This document shows, in pieces, positions 39,554 to 48,837 of a stretch of DNA of 64,000 nucleotides (its first letter is position 1; every line of letters starts with the position of its first letter). The notes under the pieces are model-generated. The model was not told the DNA's origin. It made no database searches and worked only from the letters and a program-made list of their open reading frames with translations. The stretch covers positions 1,024,001-1,088,000 of the forward strand of contig OY969927.1 in assembly GCA_963704655.1 (NCBI GenBank), in the 5' to 3' direction. The DNA is from an uncultured Candidatus Babeliaceae bacterium. Its GTDB lineage: Bacteria > Babelota > Babeliae > Babelales > Babelaceae. Made by a program: the position numbers and the translations under genes.

Positions 39554-41193
39554 TTATTTTACTCTTATTTGCATTTTTGTCTGGCGTAGTTACGGTGCTT
39601 TCGCCCTGTATTTTACCAGTTCTACCCATTTTACTTTCTGTAAGTGTTGGTCAGGGCCGTTATAGGCCCTATGGCATAATTTCTGGGCTTGTTATAAGTT
39701 TTGCTTTTTTCACATTAAGTTTAACTGCTTTAGTGCATACAACAGGAATTTCGCCAAATATTTTACGCTATATAGCAATACTACTAATAATCTTTTTTGG
39801 CCTAACAATGCTGTTTCCAGAATTGGGAAATTTTTTTGCTGTAAAAACTTCTGTATTTGCGCGCTTAGGGAATATTGTTCAAACGGAATCTCAATTTCTT
39901 GGTAACGGTTTTTTAAGTGGATTTGTTATTGGTGCTGCTCTTGGTTTGATTTGGACGCCATGTGCCGGGCCGATTTTGGCAACTGTTACCACACTTGTTG
40001 CAACACATGCGGTTACCGCGGGAGCTGTTATATTAACAATTGCCTATAGTTTAGGAACCGCATTGCCGATGTTTTTGATTATGTATGGTGGAAATAGAAT
40101 TATTTATTCTACACAGTTTCTTGCACAATATACTGAGCTTATTCGTAGATTTTTTGGAGCATTAATGATTATGGGCGCACTTTCTATTGCGCTGCATGCA
40201 GACAGGGTTTTATTGCAGTTTACTGCCAAATATTTTCCAGCGGTTAGTATAGAAAATAATAAATTTGTTAAAAAAGAATTGGGAGTTTTTATGCCAACTA
40301 AAATAATTACTAACCAAGATACCGCGCCAGAAATTGTCGGTATAGAATCATGGATAAATTCCGATCCACTTACTTTAGAAAAATTGCGCGGCAAAGTGGT
40401 GCTGATAGATTTTTGGACCTACAGCTGCATTAACTGTATACGTACGCTGCCTTATATAAAAGAGTGGTATAAAGAATATAAAGATGCGGGCCTGGTAATA
40501 ATTGGTGTTCATACGCCGGAGTTTGAATTTGAAAAAAAGCTCAGCAATGTGCAAGATGCTGTAAAGAGTTTTGACATAACTTACCCGGTTGCACTTGATA
40601 ACACCTATAGCACTTGGCAAAATTATAGTAACCATTACTGGCCAGCACATTATGTAATTGATCAGGATGGCTTTATTAAAGAGACCCATTTTGGAGAGGG
40701 CGGTTACTTAGAAACAGAAAATGCAATTCGTAATCTTTTAAATCTTCCTGCTTTATCAAAAGAGCCAGAAAAAATAGCAGTTAGGGCTGCCATAACGCCA
40801 GAGACGTATCTTGGTTATGCTCGCGCCCAAGCCTATACGCCTGAAATTAAAATTCAAGAAGATCAAGTAGCTTTGTATACCTATAAAAATAAGTTAGCTG
40901 ACAATACTGTTGGGCTAAAAGGGGCGTGGCGCATCACGCGTGAGTATATTCAGGCCGAAGATGATAATGCGCTTTTAGAATTGAATTTTATTGCGCAAAA
41001 TGTCTATCTTGTTATGCAGTCCCCTGAACCAAAAGACATAAAAGTGCTTTTAGATGGCAAACAGATTAATCAGGTTACTGTTGCGCAAGCACGCATGTAT
41101 ACACTGTGTGAGTTAAAAGACAATTCAACACGCTATATTATGGTATTAGAAGTTCCTAAAGGCGTTTTATTATATGTATTCACTTTTGGGTGA
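39550..41193 (+). CDS. dipZ: DipZ (CcdA + thioredoxin-like fusion)
   Basis: SPCILP, WTPCAGP, DFWTYSCINC, HTPEF, YWPAHY, TPETYLG, FTFG end; GTG start overlaps upstream TGA. Confidence 0.93.
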   Translation: MIILLLFAFLSGVVTVLSPCILPVLPILLSVSVGQGRYRPYGIISGLVISFAFFTLSLTALVHTTGISPNILRYIAILLIIFFGLTMLFPELGNFFAVKTSVFARLGNIVQTESQFLGNGFLSGFVIGAALGLIWTPCAGPILATVTTLVATHAVTAGAVILTIAYSLGTALPMFLIMYGGNRIIYSTQFLAQYTELIRRFFGALMIMGALSIALHADRVLLQFTAKYFPAVSIENNKFVKKELGVFMPTKIITNQDTAPEIVGIESWINSDPLTLEKLRGKVVLIDFWTYSCINCIRTLPYIKEWYKEYKDAGLVIIGVHTPEFEFEKKLSNVQDAVKSFDITYPVALDNTYSTWQNYSNHYWPAHYVIDQDGFIKETHFGEGGYLETENAIRNLLNLPALSKEPEKIAVRAAITPETYLGYARAQAYTPEIKIQEDQVALYTYKNKLADNTVGLKGAWRITREYIQAEDDNALLELNFIAQNVYLVMQSPEPKDIKVLLDGKQINQVTVAQARMYTLCELKDNSTRYIMVLEVPKGVLLYVFTFG

Positions 41194-41214
41194 GTTTGTT
41201 TATAAGGAGAAGTT

Positions 41215-41883
41215 ATGATTATTAGTTGGACGTTAGTCTTTTTTATTATATTTTTTGGAGTATTGTTTGCAGGAGTTATTGAAATTATTCGGTTTCATGT
41301 GCCTGCTGTAAAAAGATTCGATTTAATTTTTACTTTTCTTGCCGGCATAGCAACTTTTTTGATATCAGGCGATCTGTATTTGACCATTACATCAGATGCG
41401 CGCAGTGAAGAAAATAAAATTATTTATAATTCTCTTGACAATGTTCAGAAAAATTTTCTTGATCCGCAACGCGAGTTACTTTCATATTATCCAGAAGGCT
41501 TTTTCTTGTATGCAAGTATGAACCCTGATGTTGATTTTACGCATGAAAAACCGCATGCATTTGATGCTGTAAAAAGAAAGCAGGTTGAGCTATATATTTC
41601 AATGAGAATATTTCAATCTATTGAAGATTTTGTAGTAACGGCACGTTATAATGTTGTTGATCAATATGTTTGGACCAACGGATTTTTGATGTGGTTGCAG
41701 TCACCGATATTGCAAAGTTATTGGCCACTTTTGTCATTTAATTATTCTACCAATACACGTGAATTCATCGAAAAACTTATAAAAAATGCCCAAGATTTGA
41801 ATGCGTTACGTAAACAAAAAGGTGCATTAGAATCTGCTGATTACGATGCTGCGTCAAAGAAAGTTGAGATCTTTGCAGATTAA
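41215..41883 (+). CDS. Hypothetical protein with two N-terminal TM helices
   Basis: AGGAG RBS, 222 aa. Confidence 0.7.
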   Translation: MIISWTLVFFIIFFGVLFAGVIEIIRFHVPAVKRFDLIFTFLAGIATFLISGDLYLTITSDARSEENKIIYNSLDNVQKNFLDPQRELLSYYPEGFFLYASMNPDVDFTHEKPHAFDAVKRKQVELYISMRIFQSIEDFVVTARYNVVDQYVWTNGFLMWLQSPILQSYWPLLSFNYSTNTREFIEKLIKNAQDLNALRKQKGALESADYDAASKKVEIFAD

Positions 41884-41889
41884 ACATGA

Positions 41890-42471
41890 TTATATTTCTT
41901 TTATGAGATGTATGCTTTCAGAGAGTGATTTTTTAATAATAGGGTTTCCCTGATACATTATGCGACCGCTGCCTGCGCCTTGAGCATCTATCGAATTGCT
42001 TAATAATGATGTTGCATCGATTTGAATTGATCCAGAAACAGAGATATTAAGATGGTCTGTAGCACCTGAAAGTGCCACATCAATACTGCCACTACCCATG
42101 AGGGTGAAAGTAGGTGTTTTAATGTTATCTATCTGGCCTTTAATTGCGCCACTGGCACCAATAGACTGTAATTCTGGGATTGCTAATGTAACAATAACTG
42201 GGTCATGAACTGGCTTATATTTATCTTTGATTTCTAATTTCGAGCCCTGAGCTTCTACACTGAGCTGCGCAAGAACTGTATCTGATGCTTTTATTTCAAG
42301 CTTTGACTCAGCAGTCTGGGTAATATTTAGAATAATGTTTCCTGAAACGTGTACATCGGTAACACCATGCACATCAACTGAATGGATATCGACTAAAGGT
42401 TGTTTTGCTGCATTAAAAAAGCAGCAGGATGAAAATGCCAATATGGGCAGTAATAAAAAAAATTGTTTCAT
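41890..42471 (-). CDS. DUF2807/GIN-domain lipoprotein
   Basis: Lipobox FSSC; repeated SGS/SGA beta-helix units, G.G.I.Y.GNP. Confidence 0.8.
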   Translation of the reverse strand: MKQFFLLLPILAFSSCCFFNAAKQPLVDIHSVDVHGVTDVHVSGNIILNITQTAESKLEIKASDTVLAQLSVEAQGSKLEIKDKYKPVHDPVIVTLAIPELQSIGASGAIKGQIDNIKTPTFTLMGSGSIDVALSGATDHLNISVSGSIQIDATSLLSNSIDAQGAGSGRIMYQGNPIIKKSLSESIHLIKEI

Positions 42472-42642
42472 TTAGAATTCCTTTTAATCATCTTAAGATG
42501 TATTTCTATTAGTATATAGGGTTTGGTCGAAAAAACAAAATAGCGCAAGTAAAGCACAAATAATTCTACTTGAAATTCGTATAATTGTATGGTAGAGTAA
42601 TAAATGTTATATATTTTTTTAATCTATTGGGAAGGAACTCAT

Positions 42643-42759
42643 ATGACACGTTTTGTTTCATATACGCAGCCTGCGACAGCCGCTTGTCAGGTTATTGTAC
42701 TCTCTAATACTCTTTCTTCTGCTTCCCATCTCCACCATCCACATCATCATTGCCTTTAA
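42643..42759 (+). CDS. Histidine-rich leader peptide (putative attenuator uORF)
   Basis: GGAAGGA RBS; MTRFVSYTQPATAACQVIVLSNTLSSASHLHHPHHHCL*; 6 His in last 10 codons; 171 bp upstream of symporter. Confidence 0.7.
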   Translation: MTRFVSYTQPATAACQVIVLSNTLSSASHLHHPHHHCL

Positions 42760-42930
42760 TGGCTTTATCGGCTTTTTAGCCACTTTGTATAAATAACTGT
42801 TTTTTGTAGGTAACAAGGGACCATTGTGTCGTTTGTTACGCTTTGTGAGAATTATTATGAAAAATAATATTCTGAATATTTTATCTATGCATATAACAAA
42901 AATAAGATATCAATTAACTAAGGATCAATT

Positions 42931-44283
42931 ATGAATACTTTTATATTTTTAACACTTTTTACATTATTAGGTGCATTATATTTCTTTTTAGGACTCCGCG
43001 CATCAAAAAATGTAAAAACGGCTCGTGACTATTTTGTTGCAAACAAGCAGCTTGGCGTATGGCAGATTACCTGCAATTTAATTGCCACACAATTAGGTGG
43101 CGGAATGCTCTTAGGGACTGCGGCTGCTGCATACGCCACCGGTTTATACGGCATGTTTTATAATGTCGGCATGGCGTTAGGTTTTCTTTTACTTGGGTGC
43201 GGCATAGCTGCAAGATTACAGCAATTTAATATAACCACGACCGCAGAACTTTTTGAGCTTCGCTATAAATCTTCAAACCTAAAAATGATCGCATCTTTGC
43301 TTTCTATAGCAACGCTTTTTGGGATCTTAATCGCGCAGGTTGTTGGCTTTAAAAGCTTGATGGCCACTATCGGTTTCAGCGCATGGTACATTGTGCTCCC
43401 ATTTTGGCTGTCTGTGGTTGTCTACACTATGGTCGGTGGCTTACGCGCAATTACTATTAATGATATGGTACAACTGGCGCTTATCTGTTGCACGTTTGTT
43501 GGAATATTTGTCTACTGTATTATGCAACCAGGCATGGGGATTGGTATATTGATTGAACAACAAAATATATTTACTGCGCAAAGTCTTGCCACCGTTTCTG
43601 TTGTTGGCACTATACTCATGCCGGCCCTTTTTTCATTAATTGAGCAAGATTTAGCACAACGGTTTTTTGCAAGTAAAACACAAGCAGTTGCGACACAATC
43701 AGCGTTCAATGCAGCTTTATTTACCGTGTTATTTTCAATAATTCCTGTCTATATGGGCATACAGACAAAACTTCTTGGAATAAGCTTTCCTGATGGTGCC
43801 AACCCATTATTAGTATTTTTACAAACTATAGTGCCAACAGCTATTTTTGCGCTTGCATTATGCGCAATTATTGCTGCCATTGTCTCAACGGCCGACGCTC
43901 TTATGAATGGCATAAGTGCTAATATAACGCAAGATTTTAAGCTTGCAGAAAAGCTGGGATACAATACTCTTACTGTCTCTAAGGTTACTACATTTGGTAT
44001 TGGCCTATGCGCACTTGTCGCATCATACTGTGTTAATCAGAGCGTTATAGATATCTTGATTCAAAGTTATGAACTTTCAGTAGTATGTTTATTGGTGCCA
44101 CTATTGTTTTGTTATTTCAAAAAAGATATATCATATAAAGCCGCATATGCTGCGATAATATTTGGGTTTATAGGCTTTATTATGGGTAGATTATACATAA
44201 CTCCATTTCCACGCGAGATTATTGCTTTAGCGCTGTCGTATATAGCGTATATCTGTGTAGAAAAGATTATAATGCGAAATTGA
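42931..44283 (+). CDS. Sodium:solute symporter (SSS family), possibly histidine importer
   Basis: DYFVA, ATQLGGG, T..ELFE.RY, YT..GGLRA....D, QRFF, AAIVSTAD. Confidence 0.9.
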   Translation: MNTFIFLTLFTLLGALYFFLGLRASKNVKTARDYFVANKQLGVWQITCNLIATQLGGGMLLGTAAAAYATGLYGMFYNVGMALGFLLLGCGIAARLQQFNITTTAELFELRYKSSNLKMIASLLSIATLFGILIAQVVGFKSLMATIGFSAWYIVLPFWLSVVVYTMVGGLRAITINDMVQLALICCTFVGIFVYCIMQPGMGIGILIEQQNIFTAQSLATVSVVGTILMPALFSLIEQDLAQRFFASKTQAVATQSAFNAALFTVLFSIIPVYMGIQTKLLGISFPDGANPLLVFLQTIVPTAIFALALCAIIAAIVSTADALMNGISANITQDFKLAEKLGYNTLTVSKVTTFGIGLCALVASYCVNQSVIDILIQSYELSVVCLLVPLLFCYFKKDISYKAAYAAIIFGFIGFIMGRLYITPFPREIIALALSYIAYICVEKIIMRN

Positions 44284-44291
44284 ATGAGTCG

Positions 44292-44329
44292 GTAGGGCGC
44301 ATGTTTTTTGAGATGTGCCCTACTTTTTT
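44292..44329 (+). terminator. Intrinsic terminator of symporter
   Basis: GTAGGGCGCAT / ATGTGCCCTAC followed by T6. Confidence 0.8.
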
Positions 44330-46733
44330 AAATACCGAATTTAGTTTCAGTGATATATTGTTTATCGTTTGTTCGAGAAACAGGTTGTGCGGCCACAGAT
44401 TTCTGACTTTTTCTTCTGCCTTTGTTGCGTCGTGGTTTGGTGTTGTCACGCTTGCGGTCTGCACCTTTTTCAAATTCACGAACAAAGTCGCCTTGTGCTT
44501 GAGACAGGAACACATTAGTAGTTTCTTGGGCATCTTCAAGTCTGCTTTTAAAGAACCAACGAGTTACCGGGTCGCGTGGACTGCCAATAACACTTTGTGT
44601 TTCAAATACTTCAAAGCCAGTAGAAATTTTGTCACGCGTATAAATTTCTACGCCGCCTCTAATTTTGGGTTCGATAATGGTTGGTGTAATAAGAATCAGA
44701 AGATTTGCTCGCTCTGTCGAACGTGAGCTGTATTGAAAGAACGGCCCTATAAGAGGAATGTCAGCTAAAATAGGGACTTTATAGGTGCTTTCCGTCTCAG
44801 TTAATGTTCCAAGACCACCAAGTGCTAATATTTGTCCGCTACTGATATTTGAGTTCGTGTTAACTGTTCGTGTATTACGCGTATAGTTAGTCTGTGTTGT
44901 GGTGGTAAATTCTTGCACATCGACTGCTATTTGCATATTAACACGGTCTAAAGATGCCACACGAGCAACAATACCAACACGTAGTCGAGCTTCAATATCT
45001 TCAACTTTTTGTGAAACAACCGCAGCCTGACCAGCAAATGCTTGACCTTGGTCACGTCTGATGGTACTGATAATTGTTTCTGCTTCTCTGTTGTTGCGTG
45101 CAACTAAAAATGGATGCGAAAGTACTTTTAAATCTGTATATGAATCGAGTACTTGTAATACGCCCCAAATTCCAGTACCATTTGGATCGTTAAATGACAT
45201 AATAAGCGAACCAGGGTTTGCAGCTGAAAGGCTTGAAGCAAGACTTGAAGCAGGGACTGATCCTACAGCTGGATTTATAAGACTTAAAAGATCCGCTGCC
45301 AATTTAGCAGGTTCAGGCACTAACGTTGTTGGAGCAGATGCGCCAGCAGTGTTTAAAATTGCCCCACCTGAATTTGCAAGTGCGGCTTGCGCTGTAACGC
45401 CGTTAGATTGAATAGTGGTTGGCACATTTGCGGTAAGGTTGCGGATCTGTGCGCCCAAGATTTTACTTTCATCAATAGTAACATCAATAACCATAACTTC
45501 GATAATAACAATAGGCTGGGGAATATCGAGCGATTTGACAAGATCTCTTATCTTTATCCAATCATCTTGACGTGCGGTTATAATAAGTCTATTGCCGCCT
45601 TTAAATACTGTTGAGCCTTGAAGTAATGATTTTTGATCGCCAGTTGTTTGAATAGCTTCTGCTTTTTCTTCGACTTTTTCTTCTGCGACAACAATAACGC
45701 CTTCAAATGTTTTACGAACACCACCCTGGAGATCTTTAGTTGCCTGAGCTGTTTCTGTTCCAGATTTTACTATTTTTTGTAAAATTGGTGCAAAAGTTGG
45801 AGCATCAAGATATTGAAGTTCATAAACATGTAATATGGATCTACCCGAATCAGCAGGTTGATCAAGTTCGGCAATAAGATCTTTTATGCGTTCAACACTT
45901 GAGGAAGAGCCAGATAAAATAATGGCATTTAAGCGATTGTCTGCAACTAAATGTGCTTGACTGGCACCAAAATAAAGACCGGCTTCTGATTTAACGTCAG
46001 CTTTAAGCGTGCCTTTTTCAGTACCAGTAAGAGCTAAAATTTGTGTTTTAATCAAATCAGCTACAATATTTGCATCGACATTATACAATCGCACCACTTC
46101 AAGAACATTTGGGTCCCCCGAGCGATCTAAAAGCATAATGATATTTAATGCTGTCGCCAGTTTATTTGCAGAGTCAGCGGCAATAATAGCATTTGTTTTT
46201 GTATCAAAAGTAACGGATTTGTTTGCTGATAAAACATCGGTTAAGATCTGGTTGATAGGATCTTTATCATCACTTGCGTTATATTTTTCTGGAACTTTTA
46301 AATTTGTTAAGTAAACGATTGCACGTATTTTATTTTCGGTTTGAGGAAAATCTTGCGGATTAAATCCGACATAAATAGGCAGTGTGTCGCGATTGCTATT
46401 AGGATCATTTTTAATGATCATATGCATGCCATTGTGCGGAATCATGGTATAGCCAGCAAGATTAAGCAACAGGGCGATATATTCCCATGCTTTTTCCAAT
46501 GTAACTTTTTTGGGTAATTGGATGTTTACTTTTTGTTTAATGGCATTTGCTCCTTGAGGAAGCAAAATATTCATACCGGCTCTTTCAGCAAGCTCAGTAA
46601 CGATTTCTGATAGTTCTTTATCGGTAAAATTAAAGTCGATAAGATTGCCTGAAGGAATATTAACCTTGCTTATAAGATGATTTGTGGTAGCAAGTATGAG
46701 TGTTATAAGTAATAATATTTTTTTCATGTTCAT
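44328..46733 (-). CDS. gspD: Type II secretion secretin (GspD-like), copy 2
   Basis: N0 domain FNFTD, N-domain repeats (NAII, NRLII..LD.P), secretin core LALGGL...KVPILADIPLIG.FF...NLLILITPTII. Confidence 0.85.
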   Translation of the reverse strand: MNMKKILLLITLILATTNHLISKVNIPSGNLIDFNFTDKELSEIVTELAERAGMNILLPQGANAIKQKVNIQLPKKVTLEKAWEYIALLLNLAGYTMIPHNGMHMIIKNDPNSNRDTLPIYVGFNPQDFPQTENKIRAIVYLTNLKVPEKYNASDDKDPINQILTDVLSANKSVTFDTKTNAIIAADSANKLATALNIIMLLDRSGDPNVLEVVRLYNVDANIVADLIKTQILALTGTEKGTLKADVKSEAGLYFGASQAHLVADNRLNAIILSGSSSSVERIKDLIAELDQPADSGRSILHVYELQYLDAPTFAPILQKIVKSGTETAQATKDLQGGVRKTFEGVIVVAEEKVEEKAEAIQTTGDQKSLLQGSTVFKGGNRLIITARQDDWIKIRDLVKSLDIPQPIVIIEVMVIDVTIDESKILGAQIRNLTANVPTTIQSNGVTAQAALANSGGAILNTAGASAPTTLVPEPAKLAADLLSLINPAVGSVPASSLASSLSAANPGSLIMSFNDPNGTGIWGVLQVLDSYTDLKVLSHPFLVARNNREAETIISTIRRDQGQAFAGQAAVVSQKVEDIEARLRVGIVARVASLDRVNMQIAVDVQEFTTTTQTNYTRNTRTVNTNSNISSGQILALGGLGTLTETESTYKVPILADIPLIGPFFQYSSRSTERANLLILITPTIIEPKIRGGVEIYTRDKISTGFEVFETQSVIGSPRDPVTRWFFKSRLEDAQETTNVFLSQAQGDFVREFEKGADRKRDNTKPRRNKGRRKSQKSVAAQPVSRTNDKQYITETKFGI

Positions 46734-46740
46734 ACTTCAA

Positions 46741-47298
46741 TTAGGCTGAGGTTTGTTGTGGTTCTAACGTAGCTATAATTAATGTTACATCAAGAAGGCC
46801 ATCTTTAATATTTTTTATAATTTTGAGCTCTTTGGTATACACGCGTTGATTCTGTTCTATTTTAAAAAGAAGCTCGGTAAGGAGTTTCATATTGAGTTTA
46901 GAAAATGTGACGGCCAATTTATGTTCTGTAAATCCATTGCCGATGTCGCTTTCAGAGCGTTCTGACTCTTTGGTAAGATTACTTTGTAAATTTTGTGATT
47001 TAATAAGATCAGTAAAATATTGCCCTATATAAAAATTAGGCTCTTCGGCAAGTATAGCCTTTACTGCTTCTTGCTGTGTAAGAACTTCTTTGTTTTTTAC
47101 CAATATTTCTTGGGTAACAGCTCTTTGTTTATTAACTTTTTTTAATTCGGTAGTGAGTTTTGATACTGTTCTAAAATGGGTATAGACAATAACTCCTGAA
47201 ATTAGAATAAGTGCGCCAAGAAAAACTCCGTAATAGATATATAGATCGCGTTTACTTTTAGTAGAAAAAAAATTACGTATAGAATCGGTGAAACTCAT
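46741..47298 (-). CDS. T2SS GspM/PilO-like assembly protein
   Basis: SKRD+single TM, coiled coil, L..LLFKIE ferredoxin-like C-terminus; operon context. Confidence 0.65.
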   Translation of the reverse strand: MSFTDSIRNFFSTKSKRDLYIYYGVFLGALILISGVIVYTHFRTVSKLTTELKKVNKQRAVTQEILVKNKEVLTQQEAVKAILAEEPNFYIGQYFTDLIKSQNLQSNLTKESERSESDIGNGFTEHKLAVTFSKLNMKLLTELLFKIEQNQRVYTKELKIIKNIKDGLLDVTLIIATLEPQQTSA

Positions 47299-48837
47299 TT
47301 AATCCTCCTTATAATTTTTATCAAGGGTAATTTTAATGGAGAATTTTGGTTCTTGTGGATGTGTTACTTCCTTGAACATACCATTTGGTCTACTGAGTTC
47401 TTGGTCAAGAAGTTGCAGCGCCGCATAATCTTTAACTTCGCCTTCAAGCACCATAGTGCCATTGGTGTCGTTAATTGATAACATAGTTAGCGTTAGTCCA
47501 AGTGCTTTTGCATCTAATCGTCTAAAAAGCTCCTGCAAATAATTTAAAAATGAATATCGGTTTTGGCTAGAAAGAGCAAACCAGATCTCTTCCTGTTTTT
47601 TGACCGATGCTTTTGCCGCATCAATAACCCGTTCAAGATTTTTTCCTGTAACTTGTTGCTTAGGTAAATTAAGTTCACGCGCAAGCTTCTGTTTTGCATC
47701 TTCTTGTGAAGCATAAATCTCTTTTTTTATTTTTCGTTGAGTTAATTGTGTATGAATTATAAGTGATCCAATAACAATTATAAAAAGTGTTAGTGCTGTC
47801 ACAAGTTGTCTAAACAATAATGCATTGTTATGGGGTGCAAATTCATCCTGAAGAAAATTAATTGAACGGGTATAGGATAAATCAAGAGCCGATCCAACAC
47901 TAGCTATAAAGGGTGTTGTTAGAAGAACGCCATTTACTGCTTTTATAGTATTATTATGTACCACTTTATAGAGTAAAAATTCTTCTGTTTTTAGACCGGT
48001 TGCTTCCTGGATCTCATTAATAAGTGTTTTATTTTCTGTTGAAGATAGTGCAACTAAAACACGTTGAATCTTTTTTTCTTCGGGTAACGAGCTATTGAAA
48101 GTATCAAGTGTGAATTGTATATCTTGCATAAAACGTGCATCATGATAGCCACGTGAAATGATACGAATGTTGCGTAGCTGACCATCTACAATTGCTATAA
48201 ATTGGCGCGAGTCATTTGTTATTTCAATGCATAATGTCGATGTTGTATCATCGTTATATTCTGGAATTTCTTTAAAGATCGAATAAAATTCAAAAAGATG
48301 AACTGAAAATTTTGTTGGCTTAAGCCCAGCGTTATGAAAGAGCGCAACAGTTTGTGTAACCGTATAACGTTTAACTGCAGCAACTTGTACTGTTGTTTTA
48401 TTATTATTCCTATCTTGGTTTATAACTAAAGCATCGATAAATGCTTCATTAAGTGAAAAAGGCAGCATAGGCTCTATTTCAAAAGGAATTACCATTTTAA
48501 TGGTATCGATATCGGTAAAAGGAATAGTTATCTCTTTAAAGATGGCCAGATTGTTTGATAGCGATATAATAAGTCCATCATAATTACCGATACTTATCGC
48601 AATTTTCTTTAATGCCTCTACTATACGCTCTTCTAGGGGTATAAGTTCATCTTGTGCTATCTCTTGCTGAAAGCAACCAGTGATGGTTTTTTTATATCCT
48701 TGTGCCTGGACAACCGTTGCAAGAATAAGATTATTTTGTATCTCAAGGCCAACTAATTTTTGAGCTGTGACATAGTAACCATTAAGAGCGTCGGGCAAAA
48801 AAAGCGAACGAACTTGATTGAAGTAAGATGTTATCAT
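47299..48837 (-). CDS. T2SS GspL (PilM/PilN-like) assembly protein
   Basis: Actin-like cytoplasmic part (GLEI, P.F.IE..LPF), INFL+TM, periplasmic L.G domain; operon context. Confidence 0.7.
   Translation of the reverse strand: MITSYFNQVRSLFLPDALNGYYVTAQKLVGLEIQNNLILATVVQAQGYKKTITGCFQQEIAQDELIPLEERIVEALKKIAISIGNYDGLIISLSNNLAIFKEITIPFTDIDTIKMVIPFEIEPMLPFSLNEAFIDALVINQDRNNNKTTVQVAAVKRYTVTQTVALFHNAGLKPTKFSVHLFEFYSIFKEIPEYNDDTTSTLCIEITNDSRQFIAIVDGQLRNIRIISRGYHDARFMQDIQFTLDTFNSSLPEEKKIQRVLVALSSTENKTLINEIQEATGLKTEEFLLYKVVHNNTIKAVNGVLLTTPFIASVGSALDLSYTRSINFLQDEFAPHNNALLFRQLVTALTLFIIVIGSLIIHTQLTQRKIKKEIYASQEDAKQKLARELNLPKQQVTGKNLERVIDAAKASVKKQEEIWFALSSQNRYSFLNYLQELFRRLDAKALGLTLTMLSINDTNGTMVLEGEVKDYAALQLLDQELSRPNGMFKEVTHPQEPKFSIKITLDKNYKED

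Noticed and set aside
44280-44726. 148-aa + strand ORF and other short ORFs overlapping long genes (e.g. 708..1145, 18499..18942, 56708..57082, 62782..63210)
   Set aside because: Antisense to well-supported genes, no recognisable motifs or RBS.
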